Part shown: piece after piece, positions 10,028 to 20,936 of the stretch
Layout of the letters: every line of letters starts with the position of its first letter
How positions within the stretch are numbered: position 1 is the stretch's first letter
The notes under the pieces: model-generated
What the model saw: only the letters and a program-made list of their open reading frames with translations
Told to the model about the DNA's origin: nothing
The model's database searches: none
Source of the DNA: Nitrospirota bacterium
GTDB lineage: Bacteria > Nitrospirota > UBA9217
Length of the DNA: 64,000 nucleotides
NCBI GenBank assembly: GCA_963751455.1
Contig: CAVVUN010000012.1
Span: forward strand, 512,001-576,000
Direction of reading: 5' to 3'
Made by a program: the position numbers and the translations under genes

Positions 10028-10302
10028 CAGAGTTCCTCTAAAAACTTCTTTATTTTTTCGCGTTCCGCTTCCAGATTGTCCAGTGCAAAATAGTCATCGT
10101 ACGCCTCGCGTTCGCCCACGGTGCCGCTCTTTGCCTTCTCGTCCAGCTCGAAGACGTTGCGCACTCCGTGTTTCTTCGCTATGGTAAAGATTTCCGCCTC
10201 AATATTTACGAGGCGCTGTTCCAGGTAGGTTTTGAGGCTTTCCTTGAGCAGTTCGCCGGGCTTCATATGCAATTCTTTTGCGACAATATCGATTGCAGCC
10301 AT
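10027..10302 (-). CDS. Putative antitoxin partner of the DUF6516 protein
   Basis: 91-aa helical charged protein (KKHGV...ELDEK...YDDYFALDNL), RBS GGAGG, translationally coupled to the DUF6516 gene. Confidence 0.65.
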   Translation of the reverse strand: MAAIDIVAKELHMKPGELLKESLKTYLEQRLVNIEAEIFTIAKKHGVRNVFELDEKAKSGTVGEREAYDDYFALDNLEAEREKIKKFLEEL

Positions 10303-10442
10303 TTTTAGACCTCCTTCCGTCGTCCCTGCATTATGCCGTTCTTATGTATTTCTACCTGCATGGAGTTTCCCTGGGACTTCAATAAAGCGATTTGCCTAAA
10401 AACACTCACGGTCACGTCAAAGTCGTCCATAAACTTCTATAA

Positions 10443-10519
10443 TGTCATTCCCGCAAGCGTAGCGCGTCGGGAATCCTTCTGAGAAATATAGGAAAGATTC
10501 CGGACAAGCCGGAATGACG
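10443..10519. repeat. Palindromic element of the GTCATTCC...GGAATGAC family
   Basis: GTCATTCCCGC..GGGAATC and GATTCCGGACAAGCCGGAATGAC arms; the same arms recur at ~27958-28032 and ~32615-32690. Confidence 0.75.
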
Positions 10520-10658
10520 GCGGTAGAAGCGAGAATGCGTGAAAAGACTTTTGTTATTGCACAGTTGTGTTGAACAATGACACAACCCTAAAAACACTAT
10601 ATCATATTCCGCTGTTTTATCAAAGTCCATCTTGCACCGCTACATCCACGTTTGTTTA

Positions 10659-10994
<336 letters not shown>

Positions 10995-11102
10995 ATCGCG
11001 CACCTCATCGCCCTCCACCCAACTCCTTCTCCAACTCTGCTATGTAAGATGAACTTTTATCTTTCCGCAATTGACTATCTTTTGCGCCACAAAGACGACC
11101 AA
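10995..11102. pseudogene. Scrambled fragments of a second yhcG 3' end (one direct, one inverted)
   Basis: 10995-11043 repeats 8332-8380; 11044-11102 is the reverse complement of 8525-8583 with few mismatches (reads KMNFYLSAIDYLLRHKDDQ on the + strand). Confidence 0.8.
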
Positions 11103-11109
11103 AACTTGG

Positions 11110-11220
11110 ATCAGTATGGAGCGGGGCAAGCATTCTGTCTCGCATGAACTCGATATCGCGCTGGGCGGTGCGCGGCGATATCTCGAACTTTTCGGCAAAA
11201 CAGGAGGCATTCGGATAACC
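11110..11220 (-). pseudogene. Fragment of an HTH-WYL (PafB/YafY-like) regulator N-terminus
   Basis: GYPNASCFAEKFEISPRTAQRDIEFMRDRMLAPL matches the winged HTH of WYL regulators often found upstream of cas operons. Confidence 0.7.
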
Positions 11221-11563
11221 CTGAAAACGGCAGTTGGGCGCAGATGAACGCAGATAACCGCGGATCAAACAAAAGAATTTTTAGAGAAAAAAATTCACCC
11301 GCAGGGTGACTGCTTTTACGATACAAGAACGTTTTTTTATCCGACCTTATCTGCGTTTATCCTAAAAACGGCATTTGAACACGGATGAACACGGAAACAG
11401 CGGATCAAAACAATGTGATAGAGCAAAAAGCCATCTCGCCTTTTGGGTGAATCCATTACTGTTCGTAACTTCCTATAAATCCGTGTTGATCAGATTTTAT
11501 CCGTGTCCAACTGCTTTTTTCAGGTTTATCCGATTTTTCTGCGTCCCAAATGCTTTTTTTAGG
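11220..11563. mobile_element. Nested MITE-like elements (outer 11220-11563, inner 11361-11524)
   Basis: Both have CCT(G/A)AAAACGGCA(G/T)TTG ... CAA(A/C)TGCTTTTTT(T/C)AGG imperfect terminal inverted repeats; the inner one is flanked by a TTTAT duplication (11356-11360, 11525-11529). Confidence 0.7.
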
Positions 11564-11680
11564 CTAATAGAAAGGGATGAAAAAACGCTGGCACAAGGCG
11601 GGGAAAATAGCAATACCCTGACATACCCTGAAAATACCGACGGCGATTTCGCAATTAAAACGGAGAACAAGCGAGAAGGG

Positions 11681-12691
11681 CTAGAGCGGAAAGTGACAGG
11701 CAACGAGATGTCCTTCGCCGGCGTCCTTTAACTCCGGTTCAGACGCGGCATCGGTACATATGGAAGGTCTGCCCTGGGATGCATACACAGGGCAGCGTGG
11801 TGCAAAACGGCAGCCTGAACCGGGCCGCTCGAAATCAAAAACGCCCCATGTGCCTGTTTGGACGTTTTTTGACGTCATTGAGGCTTCCTTGCTGTGTTTT
11901 TCGGCCAGAGAAGACCACAGGATGTGAGTGTAAGGGTGGCTTGCCTTGCCCGCAATACGGCCGGCGAGACCCATCTCGACTATCTTGCCCAGGTACATTA
12001 CGGCAACGGTATGGCTGATCAGTTCCACGACCCTGAGATCATGTGATATGAACAGAAAGGAAAGGCCGAGCTGCTTTTGCAGGTCCCGAAGAAGGTTGAT
12101 GACCTGCGCCTGGATGGATACATCGAGGGCGCTGGTGGGTTCATCGGCCACGATGAGTCGAGCGCCTACCGAGAGAACCCGGGCCACGCCGACACGCCGC
12201 TTCTCTCCGCCGGATAACTCATGGGGGAAATTCGACAGTTTGCTCTTTTTAAGGTTGACTTGTTCCAGCAAATCGCTGATGCGCTGGTTCACGTCGGCGT
12301 CACTCATTTCATGATGGACCTGGATCGATTCCTTCAGAATGTCCCGTATGCGCATCTTCGGATTGAGAGCTGCGTCCAGGTCTTGAAAAATCATCTGCAT
12401 CTGTCCGCGGAGCAGCCGCAGGTCCTCGGGAGGCATGGCAATGATATCCTTGCCGTCGAAAAGGATTTTGCCCGAGGTGGCCGGCAGGAGCCGAAGAATC
12501 GTCTTGCCGATCGTGGTCTTTCCGCACCCGGATTCCCCTACAAGCCCCAGGGTCTCATTCTCCTTGAGAGAAAAGGTTACTCCATCCACCGCGGGAATAG
12601 ACCGTTTCTTTTCCTTGAACGCCGAGAAGAGGCCCGCGTGCTGGGCAAAGTGCTTTTTAAGGTCTATGACTTCGAGTATGGTTTTTGACAT
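11681..12691 (-). CDS. Oligopeptide/dipeptide-type ABC transporter ATPase (OppF/DppF-like)
   Basis: GESGCGKT, LSGGE, VADEPTSALD, HDL, HPYT, GCRFAPRC, VACH. Confidence 0.92.
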   Translation of the reverse strand: MSKTILEVIDLKKHFAQHAGLFSAFKEKKRSIPAVDGVTFSLKENETLGLVGESGCGKTTIGKTILRLLPATSGKILFDGKDIIAMPPEDLRLLRGQMQMIFQDLDAALNPKMRIRDILKESIQVHHEMSDADVNQRISDLLEQVNLKKSKLSNFPHELSGGEKRRVGVARVLSVGARLIVADEPTSALDVSIQAQVINLLRDLQKQLGLSFLFISHDLRVVELISHTVAVMYLGKIVEMGLAGRIAGKASHPYTHILWSSLAEKHSKEASMTSKNVQTGTWGVFDFERPGSGCRFAPRCPVYASQGRPSICTDAASEPELKDAGEGHLVACHFPL

Positions 12692-12701
12692 AATCAAATC
12701 A

Positions 12702-12812
12702 TTGGACGCAGATAAACGCTGAGAGCTGACGCTCGCAGAAAACGCCGACTGCCTCTCTAAGAACCGCTTCCCCGATTTAATCTGCGTTCATCTGCGTAAA
12801 TCCGCGTCCCAA
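12702..12812. repeat. Intergenic REP-like inverted doublet (CGCAGAT.../...ATCTGCG family)
   Basis: GGACGCAGATAAACGCTGA...ATCTGCGTTCATCTGCGTAAATCCGCGTCC; related doublets at ~16093-16202, 28357-28480, 35185-35433, 40640-40732, 50906-51072 and 53214-53302. Confidence 0.65.
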
Positions 12813-12823
12813 CGGCTTTTGTC

Positions 12824-13925
12824 TTAATCAAAATACAACCAGCAGCGCACCGTATGGCCGGGCGTGATCTCTCTCAGGTCCGGCTCCTTATGCTCGCACT
12901 TCTCGCGTATCGCATGGGTCACCCGGTTGCAGCGGCTGTAGAACCGGCACCCTGCCGGAATGTTGATCGTGTCGAGAACATCCCCCTCGATTGCGTGCAG
13001 ATAGCCTTTCTCTTTTATATTCTGCGCGGTAGGGATGGAAGACAGAAGTGCCATCGGTATAAGGGTGCTTCGATGCAAACCCTTTCCCGAGAATGTCCCT
13101 GGCCGGTCCATATTCGAAAACCGTGCCCCCGTACATCACGGCCACGCTGTCCGAGAGACGGGAAATGATGCTGATGTCATGGCTGATCAGCATCGTCGTG
13201 ATCCCGAGTTCCTGTTTGAGCTCCGCAAGAAGGTCAACAATCTTCGATTGTATCGTGGCGTCCAGGCCTGTTGTCGGCTCGTCCGCAATCAAAAGAGACG
13301 GCTCGCAGGCCAGCGCCATGGCGATCATCGCGCGCTGGCACATTCCGCCTGAAAGGCCGTAGGGATAGTTGTCAAACCTGAGCCGCGGCGAGTCTATCCG
13401 AACCCGGTCGAGCCAGAAGTATGCGCGGTCCGCGGCCTCCCGGTTACTCGTGATCGAGGTATGAAGCCGGATCGCCTCGGTTATCTGCTTGCCGACGGTA
13501 GTAAAGGGATTGAGCGAGGACTTCGGGTTCTGGAAGATCATGGCAATCTCTTTGCCGCGCACCCCGCTCATAATACGTTCCGCATTGTCGCTCCCATCCG
13601 ATAACATCCTTGCTTGCCCGCATGATCATGCCGTTCTTCTTCTCGAGCCTTACGTAGTCGCCAAGATCCGGGAGAAGGTCCTTCCGGACCCGCGTTGTTT
13701 TTAATTCGACCTTGCCGGTGATAACGCCAGGGCCGTCGCTGATAAGTCCCATGACCGACAACGCCGTGATGCTTTTGCCGCTCCCGCTCTCGCCCACGAC
13801 CCCGAGAGTCTCACCGGGCGCAATCGCGAGGCTCACCCCATCGACGGACCGGATAAAGGCCCGCTTGCTGCGGGAGTAAAAATACGTGCGAAGATCCTCA
13901 ATTTCAGGAGCGAAGCTGTCGTCAT
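12824..13925 (-). CDS. ABC transporter ATPase (OppD/DppD-like), broken by several frameshifts
   Basis: Pieces in different frames: GESGSGKS (13444..13836), [24 protein letters not shown] (12888..13607), GCRFYSRC...VRC (12824..13111); ATG 13925 overlaps the permease stop. Confidence 0.85.
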
Positions 13926-14818
13926 TTGCCCCTCTTGCCTTCGAAGATATTGTTCAGCCCGTCTCCGAGCAAATGAAACCCGAGGATCGTGAAAAGAATC
14001 GCAAGCGAAGGAACGGTCGACGGCCAGAATTTGCCTTGCATGAAATAATTCGCGCCGGACTGCACCATGTTTCCCCATGAGGGCATTGGCTCCTGAACGC
14101 CGAACCCGAGATAGCTAAGGGACGTTTCCATGAGTATCGCCTCTGCCATGCCGAGCGTGGCCTGGATGATGAGGAGCGAGCGGCAATTATACCAGAGAAT
14201 GTGTTTTAGGATAATTGTTCGGGTAGGCAGGCCGAGTGCGGTATCGGCCTCGATAAAGTTCTTTTGTTTCAGAAACTGGATCTTCCCCTTGATGAGGGAT
14301 GCCACAACCGGGACATTGGTCAGCCCAACGACGAGCATGATGTAATAGATGTCCGGCTTGAAAGACGCGATGACGAGCAGGATGAGCACAAGCCGCGGGA
14401 AGGAATCCACCAGGTTCATAAAATAGGTGATCACCCTGTCCAATCCCGCCCTGGCGGGATATCCGGCGAGCACGCCGAGTATCGTGCCGAAAAAAAGGGC
14501 TATGAAGATAGCGAGCACTCCCGGAAGAAAATATGCCTGGATTCCAACGATGAGCCGGGACAGCATGTCCCGGCCCATGAAGTCCGTACCCAGGAGATGC
14601 CCTTCGGTTCCCGGGGAAGCCATCATGAGCTCGAGGTCGATGTCCTGGGGGTCGCGCGGCAAAAGATCGAATGAGCCAAGGATGTAGGACACGACAACAA
14701 GCGTAACGATGAGCAGGCCATATGCTATATAGGCAAGGTCAACCACGTCCGCTTTTTTCCAGAACGGCAGGTCTGAAAATTCGCCTATTGCGCCGGGCAT
14801 TTGAGTGTAGGTTTTCAT
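13922..14818 (-). CDS. ABC transporter permease (OppC/DppC-like)
   Basis: [41 protein letters not shown]; start placed at MKTYTQ. Confidence 0.92.
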   Translation of the reverse strand: MKTYTQMPGAIGEFSDLPFWKKADVVDLAYIAYGLLIVTLVVVSYILGSFDLLPRDPQDIDLELMMASPGTEGHLLGTDFMGRDMLSRLIVGIQAYFLPGVLAIFIALFFGTILGVLAGYPARAGLDRVITYFMNLVDSFPRLVLILLVIASFKPDIYYIMLVVGLTNVPVVASLIKGKIQFLKQKNFIEADTALGLPTRTIILKHILWYNCRSLLIIQATLGMAEAILMETSLSYLGFGVQEPMPSWGNMVQSGANYFMQGKFWPSTVPSLAILFTILGFHLLGDGLNNIFEGKRGK

Positions 14819-14969
14819 AATGAGTCTTGTCAAGCGGATACGGCAACGATGCCTGTGTCGTCGAGCGTCTATCGGCAACGTATTAAAGACGAACGACGTA
14901 ACACGTGACCGAAACGGGCTTCATTACCGATTCACCCCTTACGCCTCACACCCACTTCTTACGGGTTTC

Positions 14970-15944
14970 TTATTCCTTTGACCCCCTCGGATTCACTGCC
15001 ACATATACGATACTTTGAAGGAGACTGCCCATGCGCACGATGACAGCGGCGAGGATCGAGATGCCCATGATGACAGGGTAATCCCGGTCCTGAGCGGCCT
15101 GCCACGCCATTCTTCCCATGCCCGGCCAGTTGAAAACCTGCTCGACAATGACGGCGCCGCCCAGAATAAAGGGGATCTTGGACGCGACGATCTCGGTAAC
15201 CGGTATCACGAGGCCTTCCTTAAATGAATGCTTCCATACGGAGGCGCCCTTTGCACGGGCTGTGCGGATGTAGTCTTCGGCCATTACCCTGCCCATCTCG
15301 TCACGCAGAAAACGGATCACCTCGCTGATCGTGCCGTTCCCGATGCCCAGCACAAGGATCGGCAGCAGGGCATAAAGCCAGCCGAACCGGTTCGAGGATG
15401 TCGAGTAGCCGAGGGCTATTGGAAAAAGGCCGAGTTTATGCGTAAAGAAATAAATGACGATATAGCCGAGCCAGAAGACGGGTAAAGCGGAAATGATGTA
15501 GGAGAACATGGTAAGCGGCCAGGAAATTTTATCAGTGCCGCGAACGGCGGAATAAAGCGCGATCGGGATGGCGATCAACAGCGTGATGAACAGGGACCCG
15601 AGGGTGAGGGAGAGAGTATTCAGCCCTACTCGAACCACCTCCTTCAGCACCGGTAAGCCGGTCCGCATGGATGTGCCGAAATCGCCGCGCAGCATCCCGG
15701 TCAGCACTGAGAAATACTTGCCGTACCATGATGTGGGTACGCTAACGGCATCCCTGATGCCGGTTTGCGCCTCAAGCGTGGACACCCCGCCCTCGACCAG
15801 GGTGCTGAAAGGATCTCCTGGCGACAGATAGAGAATTATGAATACAACAAAGCTGACCCCGAGAAGCAGGAGCGCTGTCATCAGCAATTCCCTTGACAGT
15901 GCCAGGGCAATTGGACGGATAGCGGATAATTTCAGCGATGCCAT
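14970..15944 (-). CDS. ABC transporter permease (OppB/DppB-like)
   Basis: PGDP, GDFGTS, DYIRTARAKG, VEQVFNWPGMG, RDYPVIMG. Confidence 0.93.
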   Translation of the reverse strand: MASLKLSAIRPIALALSRELLMTALLLLGVSFVVFIILYLSPGDPFSTLVEGGVSTLEAQTGIRDAVSVPTSWYGKYFSVLTGMLRGDFGTSMRTGLPVLKEVVRVGLNTLSLTLGSLFITLLIAIPIALYSAVRGTDKISWPLTMFSYIISALPVFWLGYIVIYFFTHKLGLFPIALGYSTSSNRFGWLYALLPILVLGIGNGTISEVIRFLRDEMGRVMAEDYIRTARAKGASVWKHSFKEGLVIPVTEIVASKIPFILGGAVIVEQVFNWPGMGRMAWQAAQDRDYPVIMGISILAAVIVRMGSLLQSIVYVAVNPRGSKE

Positions 15945-16322
15945 GCGGAAGCTGGATATTTCATCGGTTGCCGAGCCATTGAGCGTTATCCCTTCTTTCT
16001 TAATATTTTAAAAAACCGGTGCCAATACCGTTAAAAACCTTTACTTCGCATTATCTTTAAATTTGAGTCAAGTTTTTGAGAAGCTAAAAAGCATTTACCG
16101 CGAAGGCGCGAGGAGCGCGAAGGAAACCATACGACAAAATCTTATTTCTGGTTTAAACCCGTTTCAATTCCTGCTTTCCTCGCGTCCTGCGCCTTCGCGG
16201 TTCCAAGGTATTTTTTTCATCGGTCTGAGGCCTTGCCTCGTTAAAAGTTGCACTAAAAACAAAACAGAAGACGCTGTCTCAGCGTACTTAGATCGATACA
16301 GATTTGTCATTAACTATTGGCC

Positions 16323-17933
16323 TTACTTCTGTTCTTTTTCCTCCATGAACCATTCATCCGCGTACGAGAAGAATTTATAGGGATGAATCGCCACGCGCCG
16401 TATCTTTTTGTGATAGGCCGCGTAATTCGTGAGCGTCCAGAGAAATGTGTAGGGGTTTTCATCTGCGAGAATCGAGTGGAGCTTGCGATTGATCGTGCGG
16501 CGTTTTTCATGGTCCAGGGTGAGTTTGCTCTCGTTGATCAGCCCGTCCACTTCCGGATTGGAATACCCTCCGAAGTTGTTCCTCCAGGGTCCGATCTCGC
16601 CTGAATGGAACAGCGAGGAGATGTCCGCTGAATCGTCAAAAACCCACGAGGCGAAAATGACATCGAAATCGTGCTCGAGGAAGACATCCTCCTTCCAGGA
16701 TTGCCACTCCTTGAACTCCACTTTGATGTCCACACCGATGTTTTTCAGGTAATTCTTAAAGGCGAGCACCACGCGTTTCACCGCCTCGCTTTCCTTTTCA
16801 ATGGGCACCTTGAGCGAGAGCTCCAGCTTTCTGCCCGCCTTCCGCATGAAGCCGTCAGGGCCGCGGCTGAAACCGGCTTCCTCGAGAAGTGCTATCGCCT
16901 TCTGAGGGTTAAAGGGCACCGGCTGTACATCGAGATTATATGCCCAGCTGCCAGGCGCAAAAGGCCCCGAGATGATCGTGCCCTGGCCGTTAAAGAACGA
17001 GTCGAGCATCTCCTGCCTGTTGACGGCGCAGGTAAACGCCTTCCGCACGCGCCTGTCTGCAAGAAACGGGTTCCGGGCATTATAGCCGAAGAAGGAGTAC
17101 GAAAGGGCATTATAGGGCTGGAGGACGAAACGCTTGTCGCCCTGGATCTCGGGGATATCCCGGGGATTCACAAGCACGATCATATCTATTGCGTTGAACA
17201 TCAACGCCTGGGTCATGATATTCTGATCCGCAAAGGGTTTGGCTACGAACTTATCGGGGTGCGGTCTACCCTTGAAATACGCCTCGTTTGCGGTGAGAAC
17301 AATCTCCCGTTCCGCCGTAATATTCTTCAGGATGAAAGGCCCGGTGCCGATCGGATGCTGTACGAAGCCGTCGTCCCGGGTAAGGTAAACCGGGTTGCTC
17401 GGGCCGTGCTTGGGTATCACTTTAAAGCTGAATTTCGCGAGCGCGTTCAGGATCGGCCGCTTCAGCGTAAACTTGACCGTGTAGTCATCGATCTTCTCCG
17501 TGGATTCGATAAACTCATAACGCACCTTGAGCGGCGTGATCGTTTTGGGATGCATCATGATCTTCCAGGTGAAGACCACGTCTTCTGCCGTAAACGGATG
17601 CGGTGCTTCGCCCTCGCGCTGATGCCAGGTCACGTCCTTGCGAAGGTAAAAAGTATAGGTGCGACTGTCAGGGGAACTCTCCCATCGCTCGGCGAGCTCC
17701 GGTACGATCTCCTGCTTTTCGTTGATCCCGACCAGACCGTTGAAAATAAGCTCCGAGAGCCTGAGCGAAATCATTTCATTGCTCGTGATCGGGTCCAGCG
17801 TCGCAGGACGGCCGTATTCGCCGTAGCTCACGGTGCCGCCGTCCGTTCTGCCGTCCTGCTTGCGGCCTGCCCACGTCTCGTTCGCTGCGAGCGTAACTGC
17901 TGTCAGCATCACTGCCATCAAGATCCGTTGCAT
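16323..17933 (-). CDS. ABC transporter substrate-binding protein, family 5
   Basis: Signal peptide; TLDP, PELAERWE, FTAEDVVFT, PIGTGPF, NFGGYSNPEVD. Confidence 0.93.
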   Translation of the reverse strand: MQRILMAVMLTAVTLAANETWAGRKQDGRTDGGTVSYGEYGRPATLDPITSNEMISLRLSELIFNGLVGINEKQEIVPELAERWESSPDSRTYTFYLRKDVTWHQREGEAPHPFTAEDVVFTWKIMMHPKTITPLKVRYEFIESTEKIDDYTVKFTLKRPILNALAKFSFKVIPKHGPSNPVYLTRDDGFVQHPIGTGPFILKNITAEREIVLTANEAYFKGRPHPDKFVAKPFADQNIMTQALMFNAIDMIVLVNPRDIPEIQGDKRFVLQPYNALSYSFFGYNARNPFLADRRVRKAFTCAVNRQEMLDSFFNGQGTIISGPFAPGSWAYNLDVQPVPFNPQKAIALLEEAGFSRGPDGFMRKAGRKLELSLKVPIEKESEAVKRVVLAFKNYLKNIGVDIKVEFKEWQSWKEDVFLEHDFDVIFASWVFDDSADISSLFHSGEIGPWRNNFGGYSNPEVDGLINESKLTLDHEKRRTINRKLHSILADENPYTFLWTLTNYAAYHKKIRRVAIHPYKFFSYADEWFMEEKEQK

Positions 17934-18055
17934 GAATAACCTCCTCTTTAAGTACGGAATTCACCCTGCACTCGCGCTGCCGCACTGATAAACGCTGGGT
18001 GCAGGCGGAGTGCGGAGTGAGTGTTAAATCCGAACTCCGCAATCCGAAATTATGT

Positions 18056-19543
18056 TCAATTGATCTTCACGTCTCCCGCGCTCTTATGCTCCATTGCATA
18101 AATTCCCTGAAGCGCCTCCTGGATCTGGCGCACCTCGGGGAACTGCCTGCTCATTTCGAAATATATCTCGAGCGCTTCTGAAAACTTCTTCGTCTTTCCG
18201 TATGCCTCGGCAAGGCCGACAAGCATGGCCGTATCGTTGGACTCGATCTTGTTCTTGTTGCCCTTGTCCCGCCCGGCCTCCAGATATGAAAGCGCCCGGC
18301 CATATTCTTTTCTGGACAGGTAATAATCCCCCAGCGCTATATTCAACGGAGAGAATCTTTTTCCCTGCCCCGCCTCGGCGGACGCCTCCGCTTGTTTCGC
18401 GAGCTTCCCGCAATTTATCCGGATGCTCCCGCATGACAACATTATCTCCGCGAGCACATCGACGTCTTGCGACCCCTTCGAAAGCTCGTCCCAGGCTCTA
18501 AGCGATTCTGTTTTACGGCCTTTCCTGTAGTCATTGGCCGCCTGGCGAACCCTGGCCCTGGCCCGGTACCCGGCAGGAACTGCTGATGCGCCGAGGAATA
18601 CGTTCAGCGCTTTTGTGGACAGGTCGATTTTACCGTCCAAAGCATATGCCTCTCCAAGGTAGAAATTCGCAGTTTCCCGGAGTTTGCCTTCTCCCGCGGC
18701 TTTTTCCAGTGCCGCTATCCCCGCCTTCAGGTAAAGCGTCGACAGGTGACGGAGCAGCGAAAGATCGTAAAAATTAATTGTCTTCGATTTCCCGGCCGAT
18801 TCCCTGGTAGGAAAAACCGGCAAGATCGGCTTCTGCGGCCGCGCCGAGTGCTTTGTCGATCATCCCGGCACCGGAATAAACGGAAATCAGGCTGCTGATC
18901 TGGCGCATCGACAAAGTTTTTCCCGCTTTTTTCACCGCACCAAAGCTCTCTTCCGCGAGCGCCACAGGATTCTTGTCCATGATAGCCTGACCTGGTATAT
19001 GCGGCTGCGAGTGCGGACTTGATCTCCGGTTCGGCAAGGTCCAGACCGGCCCAGACATCCTCTGCCGCTTGTCGTTTGTTTTGAAGCGCGTAGCAGAGTC
19101 CCTTATCTACAGCCGCTATCGCTTTGTGAAGAGGGGCCACATCGTCCTCCCGGACGAATATATCGAGATAGCGTATGGCCTGATCGAACCTGCCGTGCTT
19201 CCAGCAGCGTTTCGGCGAGGTACAGATTTGCAAAGCGGCTCCTGTTTTTGCCGTGCCCCGCGGCAATTTTCCTTAAATACTCCAGGTGGACGGCAAGCGA
19301 TTGACGGTATAGTCTTTCGTGAAGATCGGCGTTCCTGAGATAGCTCATGCCGAGCGTCAGCTGGGCCGCTGCCTGCCGGGCCGGGTCGAGTGATGGCAGG
19401 GATGTTCGAAGCATCGATGCGGCCTCGGCAAAATGCCGCTTTTCGTACAGCTTCATGGCGCGGGTCGCGGCGTCCTCACCAGCAGGCGCCTGCGCAGCGG
19501 ACAAGAGGATAAGGAAGGAAATCAGAAATCTCATAGCTTTCAT
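18056..19543 (-). CDS. Exported TPR-repeat protein (~490 aa if joined), broken by frameshifts
   Basis: Signal peptide in ORF 19103..19543; helical TPR-like segments continue in overlapping ORFs 18727..19266, 18774..19058 and 18056..18823. Confidence 0.65.
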
Positions 19544-19586
19544 GGCTTTTCCTTTGTTACAAGCATGTACTTCCCGGTCTTTAAGC

Positions 19587-20845
19587 TCACTCCTTCAGCC
19601 TCATTACATATATCTGGTCCCACTGGTTGACCTGTGCACGGAACGCGATGGCTGCCGTCGCGCGAACAAGTCACGTCGTGATTCATCCTGGTTTCCGTCT
19701 TAACGGGGATATTTCTCTTGCCCGCAATATCGGCAATATAAATCGGATTATACTCATGCCGGTCATTCTTCACATATGCGATCCTCGCGCTGTCAGGCAT
19801 CCATGCAGGTCCGACCTCGATGTCCGGGACCACATCGGTCGCGACAATCTTCCCGGCGAGCGTCAGCCCCTCGCTCGGGTCTGAACCGTCCGATGCAATT
19901 ACGACGATGGACCATACCTTTGGGTCTGCCTCCGCGTTATAGTTCGAGTAGAAAGCGATGTTTTTGCCGTCAGGAGACCAGACCGGTCGAAGATCATCAG
20001 GCGCCCACGTGGTCAGTCTCTTCATCGACTGCACCGGGTTCATGACGTCCCCGACGAGCAGGATGTCATGGTTTTCATTGCTGCCCGCCGTCATCACGAT
20101 TTTTTTCCCGTCAGGCGACCACCGGGGATGAAGATACGGCTTCCCGCCCGCGGGTCAAACGGGTCAGCGCGCGAGACGGGAGATCGAGGATATAGATATC
20201 GCCATGGCCTGTACGACCGGATACAAAGGCAACCCGGTCGGCCGTATGCGACCAGTCGGGCTGACCGTCCTTTTCCCGGTGATCGGTAAGCCGGACCGCC
20301 GCCTTCCCGCCCAGTTCCTGAAGATACAGGTCATAATTGCCTTCCCCGCCATTGCTCATGAATATGAACCGGTTGCTGCCGGGAGACCACGTGATGCCGG
20401 CGTTATAGCTGGTCTCGTCGTTGAAGCCCGGAAGAAAAAACTTCGTTTCGTTTCCATCGTCGGATGAACCGATGGACACAGTCTGCATTTCACTTCCGTC
20501 CCGGTAAACAATGCGGATCTCTTTTTTATCGCTGATGCTCCGTTCAAAGGCGACGAGCGCCCCTGGTGGAGACCATTGCGGGTTCGAGTCGTTTCGCCCG
20601 GGTTCTATTTTGGTAAGCGGAATGACGGACACAGGTTCTATTGCCTGTGTCGCTCTCTCTTCCTCTTTTTTTCCGGTATTCTCTCCCGAAGTTGAAAGTA
20701 AATCGAGTACCGGAACGGGAGGCCCGGCCGGCGCCGGCGCCGACGTGTTTGCCGGCAGGGACCTCAATTCCTCGGCGGGGCATTCAAGCCCGATGCATAC
20801 GATTACGAGAGCATAGGCCAGCGCCGCGTTCTTACTCTGCTTCAA
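19587..20845 (-). CDS. TolB-like PD40 beta-propeller protein, broken by frameshifts
   Basis: NPQWSP, ITWSPG, QPDWSH, RPVWSPDGKNIAFYSN, PAWMPD repeats; my translation of the last frame ends ...QVNQWDQIYVMRLKE-TGA at 19587. Confidence 0.8.
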
Positions 20846-20936
20846 ACTGGAATCCTCCCCTTGCCTCTCACCATCTCTTTCCCCGCTCCGAATGTGTTCG
20901 TCTCATCGGGAGTACAGAGAGGAATAAGGCGCATCC

